A stretch of DNA of 62,727 nt from Gemmatimonadota bacterium (GCA_031372565.1 JANMLN010000127.1:1-62727), one strand, 5' to 3'; counted from the stretch's first letter, positions 21,283 to 31,169 are shown. The notes: generated by a model not told the origin, from the sequence alone. Program-made: numbers and translations.

Positions 21283-22737
21283 ATGACTTCATACATGAGC
21301 ACGACTCATATCCGCACCGCGCTGGGGGCCTTGGCCCTCAGCGCAGGGCTGGTGGGCTGCGTGGACTTTACCGGCCCCGGGATTGACGCGAATCCGAACC
21401 TTCCGTCCGCGGCGTCGCCGCGTCAGCTCTTCCCTGCCATCCAGGCGTTCCAGCAGGCGACGGTGCTCGGTGACCCGGCGCGCTACGTCACCATCTGGGC
21501 GCAGCAGATGATGGGCATCAACCGCCAGTGGTCCTCCATCGCCCGGTACGGGCTCGTGGACGAGAGCCTGCAGAGCTGGGGCAACTGGTACACGGGTGGT
21601 GGCTTGCTTGACCTCCGTCTCATCCAGTCCTCGTCCGCTGCGAGCGGCGACTTCAAGTTCGTCGGCATTGCGCAGACGTACGAGGCGCTGATCATGGAGG
21701 CTGCCGCCGATTACTGGGGCGACATCGTGTACAAGCGCAACGGTGTGCTGCAGGCCGTGCAGTCCAACATCCCGACACCCGCGCTCGAGCGGCAGGACTC
21801 GGTTTACGCCGACCTGCAAATCCTGCTGGACTCGGCGATCGTGAACCTTGCGGGCGCAGGCGCCGGTCCGGGACTCACGGACCTCGTCTACGGTGGCAAC
21901 ACCGCGCGATGGTCGGCGATGGCACATACGCTCAAGGCGCGCATTGCCATGCACCAGCGCAATTACGCGCTGGCCGTCACCGAGACAGCGCTGGGCATCA
22001 CGTCCAAGGCTGGCGACTACAACGGATACGCGTCAGCCACCACGGGCGAGGAGAACGGGTGGTTCCAGTTCCGTCGTAATCGTGGCACGGACATCTCTGC
22101 CGGCGATACGCTCGTGACCATGATGGCAGCTCGTGCGGACACCGTCCGCATGAAGGCGTACTTCGCTCGCTGGATCCGTCCGCAGGGAGCCGGCGTCCCG
22201 GCGCCCGTCGATACGGGCATCTTCAAGGGTGCGAAGCCCGGTGACGAGGATGACGGTACCCAATCGTGGCTCTCGGCCGCGCGCGGTGGCCCGGCGTTCC
22301 GGCAGCCGTGGGTGACGTATGACGAGAACCAGCTCATCCGTGCCGAAGCGCTGGCGCTGGCGGCTGGTGGTAGCGACGCGGCCGCCCTCGCCGCGTTGCA
22401 GGCCTACAAGACGGCGAACGGCCTCACGTTCAACTTTGCCGCTCCGGCCACTGGTGCTGCGCTGCGCCAGGAAATCATGAACGAAAAGTTCATCGCCCTC
22501 TTCCAGAATCCGGAAGTGTGGAGTGACTACAAGCGCACCTGCACGCCGAACCTTCGGCCCAACCCGACGGCCGTTGCCCCGGATAACAAGATCCCGATGC
22601 GCTTGTTCTACGACACCGGCGAGCGTCAGACGAACCCGAACATTCCGCTGCCTTCTGCGCAGCCGAGCCGCAATTTCGTCGACCGCCCCGGTGCGCCGAC
22701 GCCGTACAGCGGCGGTGCGTGCCTCGCACAGCCGTAA
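21283..22737 (+). CDS. SusD/RagB-family lipoprotein
   Basis: Lipobox LVGC, NPN, DYWGDI, QDSVYADLQILLDSAI, DLVYGGN, EKFIALFQNPEVWSDYKRT. Confidence 0.9.
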   Translation: MTSYMSTTHIRTALGALALSAGLVGCVDFTGPGIDANPNLPSAASPRQLFPAIQAFQQATVLGDPARYVTIWAQQMMGINRQWSSIARYGLVDESLQSWGNWYTGGGLLDLRLIQSSSAASGDFKFVGIAQTYEALIMEAAADYWGDIVYKRNGVLQAVQSNIPTPALERQDSVYADLQILLDSAIVNLAGAGAGPGLTDLVYGGNTARWSAMAHTLKARIAMHQRNYALAVTETALGITSKAGDYNGYASATTGEENGWFQFRRNRGTDISAGDTLVTMMAARADTVRMKAYFARWIRPQGAGVPAPVDTGIFKGAKPGDEDDGTQSWLSAARGGPAFRQPWVTYDENQLIRAEALALAAGGSDAAALAALQAYKTANGLTFNFAAPATGAALRQEIMNEKFIALFQNPEVWSDYKRTCTPNLRPNPTAVAPDNKIPMRLFYDTGERQTNPNIPLPSAQPSRNFVDRPGAPTPYSGGACLAQP

Positions 22738-22760
22738 TCTCCGGCTGACCTGAAAACCTG

Positions 22761-22797
22761 GCGGCCCGTTCCGGAGTATCTTTCCGGAGCGGGCCGC
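22761..22797 (+). terminator. Hairpin after second susD
   Basis: GCGGCCCGTTCCGGA...TCCGGAGCGGGCCGC. Confidence 0.6.
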
Positions 22798-22880
22798 TCG
22801 GCTTTGTGGTGGAACCAACGTCCACCCTCGGCGTACGACCCAGCTGACCAACCGAATCACCGACCGACCGAGGACTCTCC

Positions 22881-23333
22881 GTGAACCGCTTCCACCGCTG
22901 GCGGCGCCCGATCGCCGTGCTGCTGCTGGCCTCGCTCGGGGCCTGTCACAGCATGAGCCCGATGGGCGGCATGCCGGTCGCGAATGATCAGGCCCGCGTG
23001 CGGCTCACCGACATCGGGGCCGCGACCATGGCTCCTGTTGTGGGACCCGGAGTGACCGGCCTCCGGGGAACGATTCTCTCGATTGATTCGGCCACCGTGC
23101 GGATGAGCGTCATTGCCGTGACCGATCGCGACGGCCTCGAGAACCGGTGGCTGGGCGAGCAGGTCACGGTCAAGCGCGAGTTCATCACCGGGTTCGATCA
23201 GCGCGAGCTCAGCTACTTCAAGTCGTCGCTGGTGGTACTCGGGATCGGCGCCGGCATGTTTGCGCTCGCCTCGGTGGCGAGCGGTGGCACCGATGGCTTC
23301 CTGCGCGCGATCGGGGGGAATCAGGGACGCTGA
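22881..23333 (+). CDS. Uncharacterised lipoprotein (paralog of 10228..10716)
   Basis: GAGG RBS, lipobox LGAC, LTDIG...GP.V...GEQVTVKR, hydrophobic C-terminus. Confidence 0.8.
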   Translation: MNRFHRWRRPIAVLLLASLGACHSMSPMGGMPVANDQARVRLTDIGAATMAPVVGPGVTGLRGTILSIDSATVRMSVIAVTDRDGLENRWLGEQVTVKREFITGFDQRELSYFKSSLVVLGIGAGMFALASVASGGTDGFLRAIGGNQGR

Positions 23334-23362
23334 TCGGCGCTTCGTCATCCGTCCGATTGCGA

Positions 23363-23394
23363 ACGGGGCGGCTCCGCATCTGGAGCCGCCCCGT
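23363..23394. terminator. Hairpin between convergent genes
   Basis: ACGGGGCGGCTCC-GCATCT-GGAGCCGCCCCGT perfect 13-bp stem. Confidence 0.7.
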
Positions 23395-23417
23395 CGTGCG
23401 TGCTGCCCGAGCCCTGA

Positions 23418-23831
23418 TCAGCGAATCTCGATGAACGACCGCGCCAGCTCCTTCTCGATGGTCCAGATGACCGATTGGCCAGCCTCGAGCCGCAAGTTCT
23501 GTGTGGCCGCCGAGGCGCCGTTGCCGTAGTAGCGCGTGCCGACAGGCTGCGCGACGATCCGGATGTTGCCAGCCTGATTGACCAGCCACCGATCGAGCGG
23601 AAAGCTGGAGCGGCTCGCGGCTGAGACGCGGCCCAGGCGGTCACGCGTATCGCCACGCAGGACGAAGATGTTCATGTCGTCCCAGCCGTGGTTCTCGATG
23701 ACCAGCATGATGGCGCCGGCGTCCTCGGCCTGCGGAGGCTGGTTGCGGGCGCAGGCAGGCCCCGCCACGGCGCCACCGGCCAGCAGGGCGGCAGCGAGCA
23801 GGGCGCGCGGGCGCAGGCGGAATGGCGTCAT
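23418..23831 (-). CDS. Hypothetical exported/lipoprotein
   Basis: Basic-hydrophobic N-terminus ending GPAC; starts 14 nt after the metG stop. Confidence 0.7.
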   Translation of the reverse strand: MTPFRLRPRALLAAALLAGGAVAGPACARNQPPQAEDAGAIMLVIENHGWDDMNIFVLRGDTRDRLGRVSAASRSSFPLDRWLVNQAGNIRIVAQPVGTRYYGNGASAATQNLRLEAGQSVIWTIEKELARSFIEIR

Positions 23832-23845
23832 GGGACGGCGGTTGG

Positions 23846-25378
23846 CTAGGGAGCCGGCTTCGGGAACATCGGCGCGCCCTTGGCGACACGCCACCCGGTC
23901 GGATCGAGCGCGGCCAGCCCCGCGTGGCGCTGCGCCGCTACCGTTTCAGGACCCCCCAACTGGGTCCAGAGTTCCGCCGCCTTCCCGGGCATGAACGGAT
24001 AGACCATGACCGCGAGCCGAGCGAGCTGGCGGATCAGGGCGCCGAGCGTCTCGTCGAGTGCCGCCGCCTCGGCGGGGTCCTTGGCCTGCTTCCACGGGGC
24101 GCGGCGGTCGACGTACTCGTTGCCGCGCTGGACGCAGCTCCAGGTGTGCCGGAGCCCTTCATGCAGGAGGTAGCCGTGGCTGCCGTCCATGGCCTCGTGA
24201 TAGCGGGCGATGGCCTCGGCGTCGTCGGTGTCGAGCGCGGTGGCCGGCGCGGCAGGCACGACGCCGCCACGATAGCGCTCGACCATGGCGATGACGCGGC
24301 TCGCCAGGTTGCCGAACGCGTTCGCCAGGTCGGCATTGAAGCGGTCATCGAAGCGCTCGAAGGAGAAGTTGCCGTCGGCGTCGAACGGCACCTCACGCAA
24401 CAGGAAGTAGCGGAAGGCATCGACGCCGTAGCGGTCGATGGCCTCGCCCAGATCGAGTTTGACGCCGGCCGACTTCGAGAAGCGCTCGCCGCCGAGTTGC
24501 ACGAAGCCGTGCGCCCAGACGCGCTCAGGGAGTGGCAGTTCGGCCGCCTGCAGCATGGCTGGCCAGACCACGGCATGGAGCCGCGTGATGTCCTTGCCGA
24601 CGACGTGGAGCTGCGCGGGCCAGCGCTCCTTCCACACTTTGTCCGGGTAGCCGGTGGCGGTGAGGTAGTTGGGGAGCGCGTCGAACCAGACCCAGGTGCC
24701 CTGCGCCGATCCGTCCGACGCCGCCAACGGGAACGGGATGGCCCAGGCCAGGCGCGCGCGCGAGATCGAGATGTCTTCCAGCCCCTGCGCGATGAGGCCA
24801 AGGATCTCGTTGCGACGCGACTCGGGGGCAATGAAGTCGGGGCGCTCGGCGATCAGGCGGGAGAGGAAGCCCTGGTACTTGCTCAAGCGGAAGAAGAAGT
24901 TGCGCTCCTTCGTCCATTCGAGCGTGCGGGTGGGGTGGAGCACGCAGTGCTCGTCGACGATCTCGTCATCGCGCTTGAACAGCTCGCAGCCGACGCAGTA
25001 CCAGCCCTCGTAGGCCTTCTCGAAGAAATCGTCGGGTGAGGCGTCGGCAATGCGCTTGATGAGCGCGCGGACACCGGCCTTGTGTGCGGGATCGGTGGTG
25101 CGCATGAACTGGTCGTACGACACGCCGACGCGGTCCCACATGGCGCGGAACTGCGCGGCCACCGTATCGACGAACTGCTGCGGCTCGACCCCCTGCGCGG
25201 CGGCGGTCTGCGCGACCTTCTGGCCGTGCTCGTCCATGCCGATGCAGAGGTGCACATCGAAGCCGGCCAGCCGGTGATAGCGGGCAATGGCATCGGCGCC
25301 GATCTTCTCGAAGGCGTGGCCCAGGTGCGGCTCGCCGTTGGCGTAGTCGATCGCGGTGGTCAGGTAGAAGCGCGGCAC
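23846..25378 (-). CDS. metG: Methionyl-tRNA synthetase (short form)
   Basis: YANGEPHLGH, GMDEHGQK, VWFDAL, VGKDI, FSKS. Confidence 0.96.
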   Translation of the reverse strand: MPRFYLTTAIDYANGEPHLGHAFEKIGADAIARYHRLAGFDVHLCIGMDEHGQKVAQTAAAQGVEPQQFVDTVAAQFRAMWDRVGVSYDQFMRTTDPAHKAGVRALIKRIADASPDDFFEKAYEGWYCVGCELFKRDDEIVDEHCVLHPTRTLEWTKERNFFFRLSKYQGFLSRLIAERPDFIAPESRRNEILGLIAQGLEDISISRARLAWAIPFPLAASDGSAQGTWVWFDALPNYLTATGYPDKVWKERWPAQLHVVGKDITRLHAVVWPAMLQAAELPLPERVWAHGFVQLGGERFSKSAGVKLDLGEAIDRYGVDAFRYFLLREVPFDADGNFSFERFDDRFNADLANAFGNLASRVIAMVERYRGGVVPAAPATALDTDDAEAIARYHEAMDGSHGYLLHEGLRHTWSCVQRGNEYVDRRAPWKQAKDPAEAAALDETLGALIRQLARLAVMVYPFMPGKAAELWTQLGGPETVAAQRHAGLAALDPTGWRVAKGAPMFPKPAP

Positions 25379-25387
25379 GCGGTCAGG

Positions 25388-26707
25388 TCAGGAGGGAGAG
25401 GGACCGGCGCCCGGGCCGCGTCCGCGACGCCCACCGCGGCGCCCTCGACGGCGTCGGCGGGGCGCGGTGGCGTCGTCGGGTGCGTCGCTCGCGGGCGCGT
25501 CGGACGTGTCGGGCGACTCGTCGTCGTGGCCGTCGTCGTTCGCGGCGGTGTTCGCGGCGTTGTTCGCGGCGTCGGCGGCGATCACCGGCGGTGCGGGCGG
25601 CGGGGGCGGGGGCAGTGGCGAGCGCGTGGAGCGCGATGCGCCGCGCGATGCTTCGCGTGTGGATGCACGCGGTGCGTCACGCGTGGGCGCGCCGCGATCG
25701 GTGCGTGCGCGTGGCTCCGGCGCAGCGGGCTCCAGCGCAGCGGGCTCCGGCGCAGCGGGATCCGCAATCACGGTGTCGCTTCGTGCAGCGTCGTCGTTCG
25801 ATTCGAGCGCGGCGTCTGGCCGGACCGCCGCCGCTGGCGCACCGGTGAGTTCCGCCAGCTCGGCGATACGCACCTCGCCCTCGGCGGTTCGCAGCGTGAC
25901 GCGATCACGGAAGATGTCGACGCTGACGACCTTTTCTTCGCCGTTGGCGGTGACGAGGATCTTCCCTTCCTTGGGGAATCGCTTGCGCGCGGCCGCGTAG
26001 AAGTCGTGCTCGTATCGCAGGCAGCACATGAGGCGCCCGCACGCGCCCGAGATCTGTGACGGATTGAGTGAGAGCCGTTGCTCCTTGGCGACGCCGAGGT
26101 TGACCGGTCGCAGCTCGGTGAGCCAGGATGCGGAGCAGTACTCCCGCCCGCACCTGCCGATGCCGGACAAGCGCTTGGCCTCGTCGCGCACGCCGTACTG
26201 CTTGAGCTCGATCCGCGCGCGAAAGAGGGACGCGAGGTCGCGCACGAGTGTGCGGAAATCGATCCGCTTCTCGGCGGTGAAGTAGAACGTCAGCTTGCGG
26301 CGATCGAACTGCCATTCGGCGTCCGAGAGCTTGAGGTCGAGCTTGGCAGCACGCACCTTCTCGGCCGCCGTGCGCCGGGCCGTCTCGTCTTCGAGTCGCA
26401 GCGCGCGCTCCCGCGTGACCTCGGCCGGCGTGGCCAGGCGGATGATACGCGTTTCAGGTATGGTCGAGCCGACGCCGTGCGGCACCCCCTGCGCGCGCTG
26501 AACGGCGCGCTCGCCGGTCGCGTGCACGCGGCCCAGGTCCTCGCCGCGGTCCACGTCGACGATGACGGCAGCGCCCATCGGCGGCGGCGTGTCGAAGTCG
26601 CACCGATAGAACGCACGGCGCTGTCCCTTGAACGCCACCTCGACCAGGAACGGAGGCGCGGGGGCGAGGTCGAGCTCAGGCTCCGACGGCCAGACCGGAA
26701 GCGTCAC
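25388..26707 (-). CDS. ricT: RicT/YaaT (PSP1) family protein with low-complexity C-terminal tail
   Basis: FYFTAEKRIDFR.LV, GVRDEAK, CGREYC, ISGACGRLMCCLRYE. Confidence 0.9.
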   Translation of the reverse strand: MTLPVWPSEPELDLAPAPPFLVEVAFKGQRRAFYRCDFDTPPPMGAAVIVDVDRGEDLGRVHATGERAVQRAQGVPHGVGSTIPETRIIRLATPAEVTRERALRLEDETARRTAAEKVRAAKLDLKLSDAEWQFDRRKLTFYFTAEKRIDFRTLVRDLASLFRARIELKQYGVRDEAKRLSGIGRCGREYCSASWLTELRPVNLGVAKEQRLSLNPSQISGACGRLMCCLRYEHDFYAAARKRFPKEGKILVTANGEEKVVSVDIFRDRVTLRTAEGEVRIAELAELTGAPAAAVRPDAALESNDDAARSDTVIADPAAPEPAALEPAAPEPRARTDRGAPTRDAPRASTREASRGASRSTRSPLPPPPPPAPPVIAADAANNAANTAANDDGHDDESPDTSDAPASDAPDDATAPRRRRRGRRGGRRGRGPGAGPSPS

Positions 26708-27672
26708 TCCGCGATCGCTCCCATGCGCAGGAACTTCTCGCGGCGGCGACGCACAAGCTTGTCCGGCTTGAGGCGGCGCAGTTCGTCGAGATGCTTGAGG
26801 AGCGCATGGTGCAGGTTGCGCGCCGTCGCTTCGTTGTCGGCGTGGGCACCGCCCAGTGGCTCCGGGATGATGTCGTCGATGACCTTGAGATCCAGCAGGT
26901 CACGCGCCGTGATGCGCAGCGACTCGGCCGCCTTGGCGCGCATCTCGGGGCTCTTCCCGTCCTTCCAGAGAATGGCGGCACAGCCTTCGGGACTGATCAC
27001 CGAGTACACCGAATTGTCGAACATGAGGACGCGGTCGGCCACGCCGAGCGCGAGCGCGCCTCCCGAGCCGCCTTCGCCGATGACCGTGGCGATGATCGGC
27101 ACTTCGAGCCGGCTCATCTCGAACAGGTTGCGGGCGATCGCTTCCGACTGGCCGCGCTCTTCGGCGCCGATGCCCGCCCACGCGCCCTGCGTATCGATGA
27201 ACGTGAGCACGGGGACCTGGAACTTCTCGGCGAGCTTCATGAGGCGGAGCGCCTTGCGATAGCCCTCCGGATGCGGCATGCCGAAATTGCGCTTGATCGA
27301 CTCCTTGGTGTCGCGCCCGCGCTGGTGGCCCATGATCATGATCGTTTCGCCGTCCAACCGGGCCCAGCCGCCGATGATCGCGGCATCTTCGCGATAGAGG
27401 CGATCGCCGTGCAGCTCGATGAAGTCGGTGAAGCAGAGCCGGATGTAGTCGGCGGTGAAGGGGCGACGCGGATGACGGGCGACCTGCACGCGCTGATGCG
27501 GCGTCAGGTTGCGATAGATCTCGGCGCGCAGCTCGTCGAGCCGGCGATTGAGCGGCGCCATCTCTTCGTCGACGGCGAACTGGCGATCCCCCGCGACGCG
27601 CCGCAGCTCCTCGATCTGCTTCTCGAGTTCGGCAATCGGCTTCTCGAATTCCAGTGCAATGGCTGTTCCCAT
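26704..27672 (-). CDS. accA: Acetyl-CoA carboxylase carboxyltransferase alpha
   Basis: LEFEKPI, ARHPRRP, ELHGDR, NFGMPHPEGYRKA, GEGGSGGALA. Confidence 0.97.
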   Translation of the reverse strand: MGTAIALEFEKPIAELEKQIEELRRVAGDRQFAVDEEMAPLNRRLDELRAEIYRNLTPHQRVQVARHPRRPFTADYIRLCFTDFIELHGDRLYREDAAIIGGWARLDGETIMIMGHQRGRDTKESIKRNFGMPHPEGYRKALRLMKLAEKFQVPVLTFIDTQGAWAGIGAEERGQSEAIARNLFEMSRLEVPIIATVIGEGGSGGALALGVADRVLMFDNSVYSVISPEGCAAILWKDGKSPEMRAKAAESLRITARDLLDLKVIDDIIPEPLGGAHADNEATARNLHHALLKHLDELRRLKPDKLVRRRREKFLRMGAIAE

Positions 27673-27674
27673 GA

Positions 27675-30600
27675 TCAACTCCCGCGGACAAGTCGGACCC
27701 GTTCCTGACCGAGCAGGGCCCTGAGTTCGGTGAGCGCGGCGCCGGTGGCGGCGATGCGCAGCGTGCGTGAGCGCCAGCGGGCAGTGGCGGTGGAGCCGCC
27801 ATCGTGCCAGCGCACTTCAATGGGGGACGCGCCCGGATGTGCCTCGGCGACCGCGCGGACATCGCGCATGACGTCGGGGGCCAGCGCCGGACCACGGCCG
27901 AGTTCGATGGCGACGGCCACCGCACCCGTGCTGCGGACCTCCGCAAAGCGCTGCACGGTCTCGACGATGAACGTCGGGGTGTCGGCGCCCTGATCACGCC
28001 GCGAGTAGCCGCCCTTGATGAGCACGGGGATGTCGACCTTCACCCGGTCGCCGACGGCGGCCCATGCCTCCGGGAAGACGAGCAGCTCGGTGGTGCCGGA
28101 GAAATCCTCGACGGTCATCCGGGCGAACTCGGCCCCGGACTTCTTGGAGATCTGCTTCTTGATGGCCGTGATCACGACGCCCATGGTCATCGCGCCCTCC
28201 TGCCAGGTGCCGAGCTGTGCGACCGTGTGCGAGGCCATGAGCTCGCAGTCGGTGCGGAACGGTTCGAGCGGATGGCCGGAGATGTAGAAGCCGAGGACTT
28301 CCTTCTCGCGCGTCAGGCGCTCGGACTCCGACATGGGGGCGACGTTGGGGAGCGTCGTCGCGGTGGCGGACGGCGCGTCGCTCCCTGCGACGGCCTCGCC
28401 GAAGAGCGAGACCTGACCCGACGCGCGCTCCTCGTGCATGAAGGCGGCTTCCTGCAGCGCGCCATCGACCATCGCGAGCAGCTGCGCGCGGTGCGCGCCG
28501 CCCAGGTCATCGAGCGCGCCCGAGCAGATGAGCGCCTCGAAGACGCGCTTGTTGCAGAGCCGGAGATCGACGCGCGACGCGAGATCGTGCAGCGAGTCGA
28601 ACGGCTTGCCGGCGCGCGCGGCGAGGATCGAGTCGATGGCGCCGCGGCCGACGTTGCGGATGGCGCCGAAGCCGAAGCGGAGCCGCTTGTCGCCGATGAC
28701 GGTGAACTTGTAGTTCGACTCGTTCACGTGCGGCGCGAGCACCTCGAGTCCCAGCTCGCGGGCCTCGTTGATGTACTTCACGACCGAGTCGGTGTCGCCG
28801 ATGCAGGCGGACAGGAGCGCGGCCATGAAGTCGGCCGGGTGGTGCGCCTTGAGCCACGCCGTGTGATAGGCAACGACCGAGTACGCGACCGAGTGCGACT
28901 TGTTGAAGCCGTAGCGGCCGAAGGTCTCGATCTGTCCCGCAATGTCCTCGATGACCGCCTTGGCGTGGCCCTTGGCGACCGCCTTGGTGATGAACTTGCC
29001 CAGCTCCTTCTTGATGAGCTCGGCGTCCTTCTTGCCGACGGCCTTGCGCAGCACGTCGGCTTCGGCCAGCGAGATGCCGCCGAGCACCTGCGCGATGCGC
29101 ATCACCTGTTCCTGATAGGTGATGACGCCGTAGGTGGGCTCGAGGATCGCCTGCAGCTCGGGGAGCTGGTAGGTGACCGGCTCCTCGCCGCGCTTGCGCT
29201 TGATGTAGACCTTGTGCATGCCGGCATCGAGCGGGCCGGGGCGGAGCAGCGCGTTGGACGCGACCAGGTCGTCGAACCGGTCGCAGCGCATCGAGCGCAA
29301 CACGTCGGTGGCGAGCGGCGATTCGAACTGGAAGACGCCGGCGGTGCGACCGGCGCGCAACATGCGATACGTGGCGTCGTCGTCGAGCGGCAGCGTGTCG
29401 AGGTCGATGTCGACCCCCGACCGCGCCTTGATCGACTTGACCGCGTCGGTGATGACGGTGAGCGTCGTGAGGCCGAGGAAGTCCATCTTGAGCATCCCGG
29501 CCTTCTCGAGCGCGTTCATGTCGTACTGCGTGACGACGACCGTCTCGTCGTAATTGCCGCCCGCGCCCTTGGTCACCGGCGTGCTGGGGGGGACGTAGTC
29601 GTCGAGCGGGCCCGGCGCGATGACGACACCGGCCGCGTGCACGCCGGTGTGACGCGAGAGTCCCTCGAGCGCGATGGCGTAGTCGAGCAGCCCGGCGATG
29701 CGCTCGTCGTCCTTGTAGAGCTTCTTGACTTCCGGCAGCTGCTTGATCGCCTCGGCAACCGTGAGCGAGAAGTTCGGCGCGTTGGGAATCAGCTTGGCCA
29801 GTGCGTCCGTCTCGGCCGGGGTGAAGCCGAGCACGCGACCGACGTCCTTGATGGCCGCGCGCGACTTCATCGTCCCGAAGGTGACGATCTGGCCGACGGC
29901 ATCGCGGCCGTACTTCTGCCGCACATACTCGATGACTTCGCCGCGCCGCTCGAAGCAGAAGTCGACGTCGATGTCGGGCATCGACACGCGCTCCGGATTC
30001 AGGAAGCGCTCGAAGAGCAGGTCGAACTTGAGCGGGCAGACGTCGGTGATGCGGAGCGCGTAGGCCACGAGCGATCCGGCGGCCGAGCCGCGACCGGGGC
30101 CCACGGGAATGCCGCGATCCCGCGCGGCCTTGATGAAGTCGTGGACGATCAGGAAGTAGCCGGCATAGCCCGTCTTGGTGATGACGGCGAGCTCGTAGTC
30201 GAGGCGTTCGCGGACGTCGGCGGGGAGGACCTCGCCGTAGCGCACGCGCGCCCCCGCCTCCGAGAGGCGCACCAGCAGCGCATTCTCGCTCTCGTCGCCC
30301 TCCTCGAGCGGGAACGACGGCACGTGGTATGTCTTGCCGAAGGTGATGTCCACCGTGTCGGCGATCTTGAGCGTGTTCTCGAGGACGTCCGGCCGGTCGG
30401 GGAAGACGGCCGCCATCTCCGGCGCGGACTTGAAGTACAGCCCGTCGTCGTATTTCATGCGATCGCGGTCTTCGCGATCCTTGCCGAGTCCGATGCAGAG
30501 GAGGACGTCGTGGGCGTCGTGATCCTCGTGCTTCAGGAAGTGGGCGTCGTTGGTCGCGATGACAGGCAGCCCGAGGTCCTTTCCGAGCCGGAAGATCTCG

Positions 30601-31160
30601 CCATTGAGCTTGGCCTGGCCTTCGCTGCCGTGCGCCTGGACCTCGAGGTAGTAGCGGTCCTTGAACAGCTCGGCGTACCAGCTCGCGGCTTCCTTGGCCT
30701 CGTCGTACCGGTCGCCCATGAGGTGCGTGGCGACTTCACCGGCCAGACAGGCGGAGGAGACGATGATCCCCTCGCTGTGCTTGGCGAGCAGCTCGCGGTC
30801 GATGCGCGGGCGGACGTAGAACCCCTCGGTGTACGCCAGCGACGTGAGCTTGACCAGGTTCTTGTACCCGGTCATGTCGCGCGCGAGCAGCACGAGGTGG
30901 TAGTACGGCTTGGACCCCGGGGTACGTGCCTTGAGGCGCCGGTCCCCCGGTGCGACGTACGCCTCCATGCCGAGGATGGGCTTGATGCCCGCCTTCTTCG
31001 CCTTTTCCTGGAACTCCCAGGCGGCGTGCATGTTGCCGTGGTCGGTGATGGCCACCGCCGGCTGCTCGAACTCCTTGGCGCGAGCAATCAGCTGCTCGAT
31101 CCGGTTGGCCCCGTCCAGCAGGGAGTACTCGGAATGGCAGTGGAGGTGTACGAATCCCAT
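27675..31160 (-). CDS. dnaE: DNA polymerase III alpha subunit
   Basis: HLHCHSEYSLLDG PHP, GRGSAAGS, SMPDIDVDF, KMDFLGL, YGFNKSHS. Confidence 0.98.
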   Translation of the reverse strand: MGFVHLHCHSEYSLLDGANRIEQLIARAKEFEQPAVAITDHGNMHAAWEFQEKAKKAGIKPILGMEAYVAPGDRRLKARTPGSKPYYHLVLLARDMTGYKNLVKLTSLAYTEGFYVRPRIDRELLAKHSEGIIVSSACLAGEVATHLMGDRYDEAKEAASWYAELFKDRYYLEVQAHGSEGQAKLNGEIFRLGKDLGLPVIATNDAHFLKHEDHDAHDVLLCIGLGKDREDRDRMKYDDGLYFKSAPEMAAVFPDRPDVLENTLKIADTVDITFGKTYHVPSFPLEEGDESENALLVRLSEAGARVRYGEVLPADVRERLDYELAVITKTGYAGYFLIVHDFIKAARDRGIPVGPGRGSAAGSLVAYALRITDVCPLKFDLLFERFLNPERVSMPDIDVDFCFERRGEVIEYVRQKYGRDAVGQIVTFGTMKSRAAIKDVGRVLGFTPAETDALAKLIPNAPNFSLTVAEAIKQLPEVKKLYKDDERIAGLLDYAIALEGLSRHTGVHAAGVVIAPGPLDDYVPPSTPVTKGAGGNYDETVVVTQYDMNALEKAGMLKMDFLGLTTLTVITDAVKSIKARSGVDIDLDTLPLDDDATYRMLRAGRTAGVFQFESPLATDVLRSMRCDRFDDLVASNALLRPGPLDAGMHKVYIKRKRGEEPVTYQLPELQAILEPTYGVITYQEQVMRIAQVLGGISLAEADVLRKAVGKKDAELIKKELGKFITKAVAKGHAKAVIEDIAGQIETFGRYGFNKSHSVAYSVVAYHTAWLKAHHPADFMAALLSACIGDTDSVVKYINEARELGLEVLAPHVNESNYKFTVIGDKRLRFGFGAIRNVGRGAIDSILAARAGKPFDSLHDLASRVDLRLCNKRVFEALICSGALDDLGGAHRAQLLAMVDGALQEAAFMHEERASGQVSLFGEAVAGSDAPSATATTLPNVAPMSESERLTREKEVLGFYISGHPLEPFRTDCELMASHTVAQLGTWQEGAMTMGVVITAIKKQISKKSGAEFARMTVEDFSGTTELLVFPEAWAAVGDRVKVDIPVLIKGGYSRRDQGADTPTFIVETVQRFAEVRSTGAVAVAIELGRGPALAPDVMRDVRAVAEAHPGASPIEVRWHDGGSTATARWRSRTLRIAATGAALTELRALLGQERVRLVRGS

Positions 31161-31169
31161 GGGATTCGC

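Noticed and set aside
29575..29600. Odd dnaE segment VPPSTPV over a G7 run, and two AGG codons in lpdA near 39668-39676
   Set aside because: Frames are intact; probably local base-call noise or neutral variation; cannot be judged without reads
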